This document shows positions 1-8,794 of a stretch of 64,000 bases of DNA, one piece after another; the first letter of the stretch is position 1, and every line of letters begins with the position of its first letter. The position numbers and the translations under genes were made by a program. A model generated the notes under the pieces. That model made no database searches and had not been told where the DNA came from. It saw only the letters and a program-made list of their open reading frames with translations. The stretch is from Chthoniobacteraceae bacterium (GTDB lineage: Bacteria; Verrucomicrobiota; Verrucomicrobiia; Chthoniobacterales; Chthoniobacteraceae), in assembly GCA_037189865.1 (NCBI GenBank), contig JBBCIW010000002.1, positions 226,759 to 290,758 on the forward strand, given 5' to 3'.

Positions 1-862
1 GAATCATCAGCGCGTCGAAATACTCCTTAGAGCGAGCAGCGTTAGAGTACATCACATCGTCCATATAACCATCGAAACGGCGCGGCTGCACGTGGGTTGA
101 ATGACTGGTCTGATTGATTAACCCATTGCCGCCAAGCGCAAAATGATTGTAGGCGCCACTTCCCGACGCCCCCCAGTTGACCTTTGAGTTCTGGAAATCA
201 CCGACCAACTGCACCTCCGCATCGCCTTCCTTGCCAAAATAGATCTTGAGATCAGACAAGGCGGGATCATCCGTTCGCCCCTTCGCCGTTATTGCCACCA
301 AGTACCAGACATCCTCCTCAAACACCAGATTGGAGGAGCGGCCCGCCCACCCGGGCATACTAACCACCAGCCGCTGATTGCCGCCGACGGCATCCAGTTC
401 CAGACCGAGGTTCCAGAGTGAATCGTTCACCGTACCAACCCGATGCGACGCCAAAAGCTGCCCGATCCCATCATTAACCGTCGTCACCACAGGGTTCTTG
501 ATCCAAGCTTGAAAGGTAAACTCCTTGTCGACAAAGTGAGTCTCCATCGGCATCGTCCGATAAAGGGTGCTCCAACTCGTCGCACTACCAGAGTTGGGGC
601 CATGAAAACGAACAGCATTGCCAAAAAGTCCAGCCTGACCTGACTCGATCGTCGCTGCCCCGATATCCTTGGGAGTGCCGCTCCGGGAATTCCCGGAACT
701 ATCTGCAAAGGAAGTCACGCTTCCTGCCGATTCATCAAGCTTCCATAAAAGGAGGGTGCTGCCATCAGCCACGGCAGCCGTCGCCGCATCAGCGACGTTA
801 GCGCTGGCAACAAAGCACAGCGAAGCCATAGCCATAGCGCAAAGAGGGGATCGCGATTTCAT
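1..862 (-). CDS. Secreted LamG/concanavalin-A-like lectin-domain protein (3' end runs off the window)
   Basis: Absent from the ORF track because it has no stop inside the window. Hand translation of the minus strand from ATG (cat at 860-862) gives MKSRSPLCAMAMASLCFVASANVADA..., and I checked all 287 codons down to position 2 with no stop. The N-terminus is signal-peptide-like. The body (LWKLDESAGS, FTFQAWIK, LVFEEDVWYLVAIT, RFDGYMDDVMYS) resembles LamG-type jelly-roll domains. Confidence 0.6.
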   Translation of the reverse strand, partial: MKSRSPLCAMAMASLCFVASANVADAATAAVADGSTLLLWKLDESAGSVTSFADSSGNSRSGTPKDIGAATIESGQAGLFGNAVRFHGPNSGSATSWSTLYRTMPMETHFVDKEFTFQAWIKNPVVTTVNDGIGQLLASHRVGTVNDSLWNLGLELDAVGGNQRLVVSMPGWAGRSSNLVFEEDVWYLVAITAKGRTDDPALSDLKIYFGKEGDAEVQLVGDFQNSKVNWGASGSGAYNHFALGGNGLINQTSHSTHVQPRRFDGYMDDVMYSNAARSKEYFDALMI

Positions 863-923
863 GCCCGCATCGTGCGCCCGAGACCTTCTGACCGCAAGTT
901 AAAAATTCAATTAAATTCACCTG

Positions 924-952
924 TTGACACTAACCTTCTCGCTCACTATGCT
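924..952 (+). promoter_or_regulatory. Sigma70-like promoter candidate (TTGACA-17 nt-TATGCT) for the glycosidase operon
   Basis: TTGACA at 924-929, a 17-nt spacer, then TATGCT at 947-952. A 7-bp direct repeat AAATTCA (903-909 and 913-919, 10-bp period) lies just upstream. The predicted TSS is about 958-960, only 2-4 nt before ATG 962. Confidence 0.3.
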
Positions 953-961
953 TCAACCTGC

Positions 962-3952
962 ATGTCACCCAGTTTCCCTCCCTTTCTCCAGCGGCCTCTT
1001 TGCCTGATTCTCACCGGCTTTTCCTGCACGCTCTCCCCGATGGAAGCCCGGGAACTTACCGTCCCGAAAACAACCCAAGCCCCTCTGCTCGATGGCAAGG
1101 CTGACGAGCCTCTCTGGGCGAAAGCTGCGGAGATCACTAACTTCGTCCTCATTCACCCCGACACCCCTGCGGCGAGCCGCCCCACCCGCGCCCGGATGCT
1201 CTATGGCGATGCCGGACTCTACCTCGCCGTCGAGTGCACCGAGCCGGAAATCACCCGTCTTGAACCCTCCAAGGAAGATGGCGCCGCTGTCTTTACCCGT
1301 GAGAATGTCGAACTCTTCCTCTCCGTTCCCGGTGAGAGCTTCTACCATCAGCTCGCCTTCACCCCTGATGGCGCGCGCTTTAACTCCCACGGCCCCACAC
1401 GCCCCCCGATCGCCACCGGGAACTGGAAAGTCGCTACCCATCGTGGAGAGGGAAGCTGGAGCGCGGAACTCTTCCTCCCATGGGAGCATTTCGGCGCTGG
1501 TCCCCTCAAAGAAGGGTGGCGTTTTAACATGGCGCGAACCTCCACGCTCCCCACCCGGGAAGGCTCCATCTGGAACTACCTTCCGGAGAACGATCCTGAA
1601 GGACTTCGCTACCATCAACCACGCAACTTTGCGACCCTCCAACTCCAAGGAGCGCCGGAAAAAGCTCCGGAGATCATTGAACTCATTAGCGAAACCTTCG
1701 ACTACGCTGACGGCAAGACCGAAGCGCTCGCGTGGCAACTCTCCAGCTTTGAAGGGGGGAGTGTCACCCTCGACACCAATCAATACCATCGCGGAGAACA
1801 TCCCGATGCCCCTGCCGGAGCGAGCCTCCGCTTCACCCGCAATGAAGCCGCCTCCGGAGCCGCTGCCCGTTTCTCCTTCGGGACCATACCGCCAGCTTCA
1901 GCAGGACGCGTCGAGATCCGATGCGCCGCGATGACGACCTCCAACGACGCCCTCTTCTACCCGATCGTCATCGGCGACTGGTGCGCCAGAGTCGGCTTTG
2001 GAGCAGGTAATCAGATCTTCTATACCCGCCGCTCCGCCTCCGGGGAGGAAGAGAGCGTCGAGGTCGGCCCGAGCGAACCGTTGCAGTGGCACCACTTCCG
2101 CGTCGTGGTTTCGATTCCTAAAAACAGCTACGATTTTTATCTCGATGACAAGTTAATCGAAGCCGACATCCCGCTTGTTAAGCCGGTCCATGGCTGGAAT
2201 CACTACCTTGCCTCCACTGGCGGGGGTGCCGGGGGAGAGGTCGAGCAGGTTCACTTTCTCGATGATGTCCGAATGACCCTCTATCCGGCGGGGGCGGTCG
2301 CCCCAATCGCTACCCGTTCGGCAACCCCTGCGACACCTCCCGCTATTGCCGAAGCGAGCCTACGCGCCTTTAGCAAACCAATCGTCTACGGAGAGTTCGA
2401 GTCGATCGTCAAAAATGAGTTCCCCCTCGGTGTTACCTTCTCCAACGGCGGCGAGATGACTAACCGGCGCTGGCGCTGGATGGGGCCGCGATCCAGCGGA
2501 CGCCTCGACGCCATGAGCCCGTGGCAAAGCTACCGCGACTTAAAGCTCACATTACCCGAGCGTGGCGAATACGAGATCGCTATTGAATTTGTGAACATGA
2601 AAGTCTGGGGTGGCGGCGTCGCCCAGCCCGGTCTGGGAATCAGCGCAGGAGAGACTCAGGAAACGCTCTCACCCCGCTTTAGCGATGCTCCACGACAATG
2701 GACAACATGGAAGACCCTCCAACTCGAAGGCCAACCGTTGACTCTCTCCAAACCCAAAGGACGTAGCATAGGGATCACCGGCCTGCGTCTCACTCCTGCC
2801 GCGGGTGGCGAGCCGATTCTCTATCAAGGCGAAAGACTAGTAGAACTCCTGCGCTCCCATAACCAGATCTTTGAAGAAGGCAACCCGGAAGATGCCGTCG
2901 CCTTCCTTAAAGAACACCTCCCCACCCTCAAAGCCCTCAACGTTGACACCCTTCACTACCACGGCCCCTCTTCGCCAGAGGCGATGAATGCCACCCTCGA
3001 TCAACTTCACGAAAACGGCATGCGCGCGATCCTCTCCATTAACTGGTTTACCGGTGATACCGCTGCGTTGCTGGAGATGGATGAGAGCGAAGCGATCGAA
3101 GAGGTCAAACGCCGCTTTAGCCCTGTCGTCAACAAGATCAAAGGCCACCCGGCGCTCCTTGGTTATGGGATGATTGATGAACCATTTGTTGAACAGATCC
3201 CCGAATACCGCCTCATTTATGAAGGGCTGCGCCAGCTCGACCCCGACCACCCCGCCGTCGCGTGGCTCTGCCGCGCAAGCTGGAACAACGACGCCGCTTC
3301 GCGCCGTGGCATCGACAATATGAAAAAGTGGGTAGAAGGGGTCAAAGAGGAGCAACTCTTCAACGATCTCTACCCCATTCGCTACCCGGAGGAGGAATCG
3401 CTCAACCACCTCAAACACTACGCCCTTTCACTGGAAGATGATCAGCGACAAGCAGGCGGACGCCCGCTCTGGATCATGGCGCAGGCGATTGACTACGCTA
3501 ACGTGCTGCGTCACCCGACCCCGGCAGAGATCCGCGCTCAAGCCTACCTCTCGTTCGCCCACGGCGCGACTGGCCTCATTTACTATAACTACAACGCTCC
3601 CGACACCAGCCTCCTTGATGGCGATGGCAAACCGAACGAGCGAACCCGGGAGCTAGGCAAGGTCTTTGCCGAAATCGCCCCGCTGCGTGCGCTCCTCCTT
3701 GCTTCCCGCCGGGTAAAGCTAGATGCCAGTTCCCCGGACGACTTTGCCATCCAAGGTTTTGTGCATCACGACGGGCGGCAGCTTCTGGTCATTGCCAGTA
3801 AAGATGTCCGCTCCAAACGCACGCTGCATCTTACCCTGCCTGCCTCCCGAGTCACCGACCTGCGCACTAACGAAGCGCTCGTAGTCAACGAAGGAAAGCT
3901 AACCCTCGAACTCGAACCGGGCGACGGGCGCATCCTTGAGCTTCATCCATGA
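962..3952 (+). CDS. Secreted multidomain glycoside-hydrolase-like protein (CBM9-like N-terminal module plus (beta/alpha)8 GH-A-like C-terminal domain)
   Basis: The track ORF is 872..3952 (GTG). I prefer the in-frame ATG at 962 (M31) because GTG 872 lies only 10 nt from the divergent gene's start and upstream of the promoter-like element. MSPSFPPFLQRPLCLILTGFSC is signal-like. LLDGKADEPLWAKA...LYLAVECTEP...VELFL looks like a CBM9/DOMON-type module. The C-terminal third (MRAILSINW, LLGYGMIDEP, WIMAQAIDY) looks like a clan GH-A TIM barrel. The family cannot be assigned by eye. Confidence 0.65.
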   Translation: MSPSFPPFLQRPLCLILTGFSCTLSPMEARELTVPKTTQAPLLDGKADEPLWAKAAEITNFVLIHPDTPAASRPTRARMLYGDAGLYLAVECTEPEITRLEPSKEDGAAVFTRENVELFLSVPGESFYHQLAFTPDGARFNSHGPTRPPIATGNWKVATHRGEGSWSAELFLPWEHFGAGPLKEGWRFNMARTSTLPTREGSIWNYLPENDPEGLRYHQPRNFATLQLQGAPEKAPEIIELISETFDYADGKTEALAWQLSSFEGGSVTLDTNQYHRGEHPDAPAGASLRFTRNEAASGAAARFSFGTIPPASAGRVEIRCAAMTTSNDALFYPIVIGDWCARVGFGAGNQIFYTRRSASGEEESVEVGPSEPLQWHHFRVVVSIPKNSYDFYLDDKLIEADIPLVKPVHGWNHYLASTGGGAGGEVEQVHFLDDVRMTLYPAGAVAPIATRSATPATPPAIAEASLRAFSKPIVYGEFESIVKNEFPLGVTFSNGGEMTNRRWRWMGPRSSGRLDAMSPWQSYRDLKLTLPERGEYEIAIEFVNMKVWGGGVAQPGLGISAGETQETLSPRFSDAPRQWTTWKTLQLEGQPLTLSKPKGRSIGITGLRLTPAAGGEPILYQGERLVELLRSHNQIFEEGNPEDAVAFLKEHLPTLKALNVDTLHYHGPSSPEAMNATLDQLHENGMRAILSINWFTGDTAALLEMDESEAIEEVKRRFSPVVNKIKGHPALLGYGMIDEPFVEQIPEYRLIYEGLRQLDPDHPAVAWLCRASWNNDAASRRGIDNMKKWVEGVKEEQLFNDLYPIRYPEEESLNHLKHYALSLEDDQRQAGGRPLWIMAQAIDYANVLRHPTPAEIRAQAYLSFAHGATGLIYYNYNAPDTSLLDGDGKPNERTRELGKVFAEIAPLRALLLASRRVKLDASSPDDFAIQGFVHHDGRQLLVIASKDVRSKRTLHLTLPASRVTDLRTNEALVVNEGKLTLELEPGDGRILELHP

Positions 3953-5280
3953 CAACCGCCTTCCCAACCTCGCCTTTGACCCGCTTCCCGATCACCCGTT
4001 CGCTCCAGTGGTGGGAACGGGCGCAAGCCCGCATCCCATGCGGCACGCAATGTTATTCCAAGGGACCAACCGCCTATACGAAAGGATTCGCGCCGATTTA
4101 TCTGCAAAGCGGCGACGGCTGCCGGGTGCGGGATGTCGATGGCAACGAGTTCATTGATCTCGGTATGGGCCTGTGGGCCGTCACCCTCGGCCATGCCCAC
4201 CCGCGCCATATGGCAGCCGTCACGAAAGCGCTTCACCACGGCACACAACTCTCGCTCATGCACCCGCTGGAGGTTGAATACGCCGAGGCACTCGCGGAAG
4301 CGCTGCCGCTGGCTGAACAGGTTCGCTTTGGAAAAAACGGGTCCGACGTCACCACAGCCGCCGTTCGTCTCGCCCGGACTTGTACAGGCAGGGAGGTGAT
4401 CCTGCGCAGTGGCTACCACGGCTGGCATGACTGGTATATCGCCCAGAGCGAACATCCCGCCGGAGTTCCAGCCTTCAACCGCGCGATCACAGGCAACTTC
4501 CCAAGCAACCATCGCGCCGCCTTCGATACCCTCATGGAACGCTACGATGGGCAAGTCGCCGGGGTCATCATGGAGGGAATTCAGGCGGATACGATCGACC
4601 GCTCCTTCCTGAACCATATCCGCGAGACCACCCGGGCCCAAGGTGCGCTTCTTATCTTCGATGAAGTGATCAATGGCTACCGCTTCGCCTTGGGCGGGGC
4701 GCATGACTACCTCGGTGTTGATGTCGATCTCGCCGTCTTTGGTAAAGGGATCGCCAACGGCACCCCTCTCTCCATGATCGCGGGGAAGGCTCGCTATATG
4801 GAGCGATTTGACGAAACCTTCTTTAGTCTAACCTTTGGCGGCGAAACCCTTGGGCTGGCTGCCGGGCTGGAGGTGTTGCGAATTTATCAGGAGGAGAACG
4901 TAATCGCGCAGTTGGCTACCCTTGGGAAACGGCTCCACCGTGAAGCCGCCGCCGCGATCGCTCGCGCCGGGTTGGAAGAAGTCGTCAAAATCTCACCCCA
5001 TGCCGTGCGGACCACCTTTGAATGCACCACGCCAGCGGGTGAGACGCTCTCGCCCCTCGTGCTTAAAAGCCTGCTGCAACAGGAGATGCTCCGCCGGGGC
5101 ATCCTCTGGGGCGGCTGGCATGCCCTCTCCCTCGCCCTTGTGCACGATCACCGCGCCCAAGAACAACTCATCACCGCTTACGGCGAGGCGTTCGAGGCGC
5201 TCCGCCTTTCTCTGGAGCGCGGCTCCGTGGAAGCCGACCTGATCGGCGAACCGATCACCCCTATTTTCAAACGCCACTAA
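3949..5280 (+). CDS. Class-III (PLP-dependent) aminotransferase, glutamate-1-semialdehyde aminomutase-like paralogue
   Basis: 443 aa. GKNGSDVTTAAVRLAR, GYHGWHDW, LLIFDEVINGYR and FGKGIANG (PLP-lysine context) match the class-III aminotransferase layout. The ATGA overlap with the upstream stop (3949/3952) indicates translational coupling. Confidence 0.82.
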   Translation: MTTAFPTSPLTRFPITRSLQWWERAQARIPCGTQCYSKGPTAYTKGFAPIYLQSGDGCRVRDVDGNEFIDLGMGLWAVTLGHAHPRHMAAVTKALHHGTQLSLMHPLEVEYAEALAEALPLAEQVRFGKNGSDVTTAAVRLARTCTGREVILRSGYHGWHDWYIAQSEHPAGVPAFNRAITGNFPSNHRAAFDTLMERYDGQVAGVIMEGIQADTIDRSFLNHIRETTRAQGALLIFDEVINGYRFALGGAHDYLGVDVDLAVFGKGIANGTPLSMIAGKARYMERFDETFFSLTFGGETLGLAAGLEVLRIYQEENVIAQLATLGKRLHREAAAAIARAGLEEVVKISPHAVRTTFECTTPAGETLSPLVLKSLLQQEMLRRGILWGGWHALSLALVHDHRAQEQLITAYGEAFEALRLSLERGSVEADLIGEPITPIFKRH

Positions 5281-5284
5281 CGCT

Positions 5285-6289
5285 ATGCTTCGCCTTCTCC
5301 AAATCGGTGCCGGTTCCATGGGGAGCCGCCGCCTTCGCACCCTTTCCGTTCATCCCAACGCTGCCCTTGCTGTTTTTGACGAACGGGCCGATCGGCGGGA
5401 ACGGGCCGCCGCACGCTTCGGTCTCCCCACCTTCGCTACCCTTGAGGCAGCGCTGGCATGGAAGCCCGACGCCCTGATCATCTCCACCCCGCCCGATCGA
5501 CACACCCCCTATGTCGATCTTGCATTAACGCGGGGGCTGGCGCATTTCGTCGAAGCCGGAATCCGGGTCGAGCCAGAGCACGTCGGGGCCGCCACCGCCG
5601 CAAACGCCCCACTGTCAGCCCCATCGTGCACCTTCCATTTCATGCCGGCAATCCAACGTCTGGAGAAGATCGTACCCGAAGCCGTCGGCACGCTCCATGG
5701 CTACCAGATGTTCCTCTCCTGCAACCTTCCTCAGTGGCACCCGGAGGAACAGGGGAAGTTCTATGCCTACCATCCCGCTACCAATGCCGCCCGGGAGATG
5801 ACTCCTTTTGAACTTTTCTGGCTCAACCGCCTTTTTGGCGCCCCGACCGAGGCATTGGCGACCATCACCCGCCGTGGCACGCTCCCTACCCCCTCCGAGG
5901 ATAGCTATCTCGCCCAGTTCCAGCTTGATAACGGGGCAACGGGGCAACTCGGCGTCGTCATGGCCTCCCCCTCGCGCTTCCGACGAGGGGTAGCGATCGG
6001 CGAGCGCGGTGCGGTTGCCTTTGACCTGCTCACCGGTGTTATCGAAACCATGACAGCAGAGGGCAAAGCCGCCGAGCGAATCGAAACCGGCAGTATTGAA
6101 GAAGTCACCGAAGCCGTCTACGATGCGGAAATGAACGCCTTCTTCCACTCGCTGACAACGGGCGCTCCGTGGCCCCATTCCTACCGCGAAGCGGCGCAGA
6201 TTGGCGGAATTCTCGCCGCCATGGAACGGAGCGCCACCACCCGACGCTGGGAATGCGTCGACCCCGCGCTTCAACCCCACTTTTCATGA
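5285..6289 (+). CDS. Gfo/Idh/MocA-family NAD(P)-dependent oxidoreductase
   Basis: 334 aa. The N-terminal Rossmann signature is LQIGAGSMGSRRL. Length and layout are typical of the family. It starts 4 nt after the upstream stop. Confidence 0.72.
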   Translation: MLRLLQIGAGSMGSRRLRTLSVHPNAALAVFDERADRRERAAARFGLPTFATLEAALAWKPDALIISTPPDRHTPYVDLALTRGLAHFVEAGIRVEPEHVGAATAANAPLSAPSCTFHFMPAIQRLEKIVPEAVGTLHGYQMFLSCNLPQWHPEEQGKFYAYHPATNAAREMTPFELFWLNRLFGAPTEALATITRRGTLPTPSEDSYLAQFQLDNGATGQLGVVMASPSRFRRGVAIGERGAVAFDLLTGVIETMTAEGKAAERIETGSIEEVTEAVYDAEMNAFFHSLTTGAPWPHSYREAAQIGGILAAMERSATTRRWECVDPALQPHFS

Positions 6290-7512
6290 CGCTCGCCCCC
6301 ATCCTCCTCTCCGAAAACGGCTCCGACCGCGCCACTGCCTACCTGACGAGCCGCAAGATCGTCCGCCATGGCGGGAAGCTTTACGTCGCATGGCTCGACG
6401 CCGCGCCGGAGCAGGGTCGACTCCTCCCTACCCGTCTTGCTATCTGTGAGGAGAAAAGCGGTGCGGTGGAAAAAGTGCTCACCCTTGGCATGGGCTATAC
6501 CAACCATTGCGGCCCCGCGCTCAGCGTCGACCCCGACGGACGTTTTCACCTGATCCTCGGCGCGCATCACGGCCCGTTTCTTCACCGCTGGAGCGACACC
6601 CCCGCACTGGAAGAGAGCTGGAGCGAGCCGATCGCGCTCGGTCCGTATGATACCTACCCTAGCCTCGCCATCGACGCCGAAGGAACACTCCACCTCGCCC
6701 ACCGCCGCATGGAGCACCACTGGGAGCTCTGGTATCGGCGCAAACCCAAAGGCCAGCCGTGGGAAGCACCAAAGATCATCGCGATCTCGCCGCTACCGGG
6801 GTACAACCATTTCTATCAATCACTGAGCATCGGCCCAGACGGCACGCTCCATCTTCTCTTCGAGTTCTTCTATAGCTATACTGGCGCTTCCCATGATGCC
6901 AAAGGGCGCATGGCGGTGCATCTCACCTCGGAGGATCGCGGCAAAAACTGGTGGAACGAAGGGCGGCGATGCACCTTCCCGATGACCGTAGAGAGTGTCC
7001 GCTCCATCTGCTCCTATCCGCAGGGAGGGCTTAAAATCAGCAGTCACGTGGTCGATCGCCATGGCCGCCTCTGGTTTTGCGCCTCGCTCCCCGATGAACG
7101 GGAGCCCGTCCTCTTTCGCCGTGACACAGAAGGATGGACGCGCCCGCCGCTTCCAGCCGGACTCGCATCGCTCAACTTCCTTGGAGGCCGTGAGACGATG
7201 ATGAGCCGCGACGCCAGCGGGCAACTCCACCTCGTCACCGCCACCGGCTCCACCGATGAAGCATGGTATCACCCCTCGTTTGAAGTCTTCCACGCGACCT
7301 TCCCCGAAGATGGCGCCTCCCCCGGCTCCACCCGCCAACTCTCCACCCCCTCTCCCGCTGGTGGCAACTGGCTCCCTTCGCTCGAAGCGTGGGACTGGAC
7401 ACGCCGGGAACAGGAAGAGCTCGCCGTGGCGTGGACCCAAGGGGAGAGCTGCGGCGAAGGAGGCAATATCAACACGATCCGCACCAACGTCTTCCTCCTC
7501 CCGGCGTTGTGA
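6286..7512 (+). CDS. BNR-4-like beta-propeller protein, paralogue A (no signal peptide)
   Basis: The track ORF 6169..7512 is trimmed to ATG 6286, which overlaps the upstream TGA (ATGA). Motifs are SENGSDRATAYLT, NHCGPALSVDPDGRFHLILGAHHGPF, YPSLAIDAEGTLHLAHR and GPDGTLHLLF, i.e. repeated DG(T/R)xHL blades like the BNR_4 family (PF15892, from memory). Confidence 0.62.
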   Translation: MTLAPILLSENGSDRATAYLTSRKIVRHGGKLYVAWLDAAPEQGRLLPTRLAICEEKSGAVEKVLTLGMGYTNHCGPALSVDPDGRFHLILGAHHGPFLHRWSDTPALEESWSEPIALGPYDTYPSLAIDAEGTLHLAHRRMEHHWELWYRRKPKGQPWEAPKIIAISPLPGYNHFYQSLSIGPDGTLHLLFEFFYSYTGASHDAKGRMAVHLTSEDRGKNWWNEGRRCTFPMTVESVRSICSYPQGGLKISSHVVDRHGRLWFCASLPDEREPVLFRRDTEGWTRPPLPAGLASLNFLGGRETMMSRDASGQLHLVTATGSTDEAWYHPSFEVFHATFPEDGASPGSTRQLSTPSPAGGNWLPSLEAWDWTRREQEELAVAWTQGESCGEGGNINTIRTNVFLLPAL

Positions 7513-8753
7513 TTGCCCACCTCCTCTCCAACTGCGGATCAGACCGCGCCACGGCGTATGTCAATACCAACCGGATCGTCCGGTGTGGAGACTCCCTTTT
7601 CATCGGCTGGCTGGGTGCCCCGAAGGAGATAGGAAAGCTTGCTCCCGTCAACCTCAGTCACTATCACACCCCATCAGGAACGGCGGGGGAGCCTTTTTGC
7701 CTCGGCCACGGATACAACAACCATTGCGGTCCCGCCTTGTGTGCCGATGGCGACGGGCGACTGCACGCCATCATCGGCGCGGATCACCATCCCTTCCTCT
7801 ATCGCTGGTCAGACACGCCACACCTTCCTGAAAGCTGGAGCGAACCCGAAGCTCTTGGCCCTCACGATGCCTACCCCAGCCTCATCGCCGACCGGAACGG
7901 AACGCTTCACCTGACCCACCGCACCCTGAAAATGGGCGGCTATTGGGAACTCTGGTATCGACGCAAACCCAAAGGCAAACCGTGGGAGGCACCCGTCGTT
8001 CTTGCGATCACTCCCCTGCCGGGCTATAGCCATTTTTATCAATCCATCAGTACAGGCCCCAGCGGCACCCTCCACCTTCTCTTTCAATATTGCTACAGCT
8101 ATTCAGGGCGCTCGGCAGACGTACGCTCGCGAATGATCGTCCATCTTACATCCCCCGACGGGGGAACGCGCTGGTTCAACGAAGGCCGCCACTGCACACT
8201 CCCCTTAGCGATGGAGCATAATATCCCCGTTCTTTTCGACATGCGGGGCGGCTTCAAGATCACTAACCATCTGGTCGACGCTCAAGATCGCCTCTGGTTT
8301 TTCACCTCCCTGCCCGAACAACCGACTGGCGCTCTCCTTTGCCGCGAGGAATCCGGATGGCGACAGGTGGACCTCCCTGCCCGTTTTCGGCGTTTGAGCT
8401 TTGTCGGAGGGCGGGATGGCACCTTGAGCCGGGGCAACGACGGCACGATTCACCTTGTCATCCCCGCCCGCCCCGATGATCGGGAGGCCGATTGGTACGA
8501 TCCCGGCTTTGAGCTTTTTCATCTCGCCCTTTGCCCCGATGGAACGCGAACTGAGTGCCGTCAACTCTCCGCGACGGACCCCAACGCCGCAAGCTGGCAC
8601 CCGGCATTGGAACACTGGGACTGGGCGCGGAGCGACTTCGCCTCTCCGGCACTCTGTTGGACCCATGGTGTTACGGGTCTTCTGGGAGGAGCCAGCAATA
8701 TCAACGCCTTACGCACCAACGTCTTCCTCCTTCCCAAGCTGGGGAGCGATTAA
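7509..8753 (+). CDS. BNR-4-like beta-propeller protein, paralogue B (no signal peptide)
   Basis: The track ORF 7389..8753 is trimmed to GTG 7509 (GTGA overlap with paralogue A's stop), because the upstream part overlaps paralogue A out of frame. It is colinear with paralogue A over its whole length (roughly half the residues identical by eye): SNCGSDRATAYVN, NHCGPALCADGDGRLHAIIGADHHPF, YPSLIADRNGTLHLTHR, NINALRTNVFLLP. Confidence 0.62.
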   Translation: MIAHLLSNCGSDRATAYVNTNRIVRCGDSLFIGWLGAPKEIGKLAPVNLSHYHTPSGTAGEPFCLGHGYNNHCGPALCADGDGRLHAIIGADHHPFLYRWSDTPHLPESWSEPEALGPHDAYPSLIADRNGTLHLTHRTLKMGGYWELWYRRKPKGKPWEAPVVLAITPLPGYSHFYQSISTGPSGTLHLLFQYCYSYSGRSADVRSRMIVHLTSPDGGTRWFNEGRHCTLPLAMEHNIPVLFDMRGGFKITNHLVDAQDRLWFFTSLPEQPTGALLCREESGWRQVDLPARFRRLSFVGGRDGTLSRGNDGTIHLVIPARPDDREADWYDPGFELFHLALCPDGTRTECRQLSATDPNAASWHPALEHWDWARSDFASPALCWTHGVTGLLGGASNINALRTNVFLLPKLGSD

Positions 8754-8794
8754 GTTTTGAATTCCCCTCGATTCAGCGTAATGTAGGCGCATTC

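Noticed and set aside
872-961. 5' extensions of track ORFs (872, 6169, 7389, 8555, 11132, 12384, 26484, 28879, 24303, 57118, 62398, 62642).
   Set aside because: The extended parts overlap the upstream gene in another frame or translate to Arg/Pro-rich junk. In each case an internal ATG/GTG gives a sensible N-terminus (signal peptide, HTH or conserved motif), often with a 4-bp overlap to the upstream stop.
3949-5280. Calling the class-III aminotransferase hemL (glutamate-1-semialdehyde aminomutase).
   Set aside because: It is HemL-like in fold but diverges in the conserved blocks I remember (NGSDVTT versus NSGTEAT). It is embedded in a glycosidase/oxidoreductase operon rather than the heme operon 4 kb downstream. 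Only phylogeny or an HMM can settle this.
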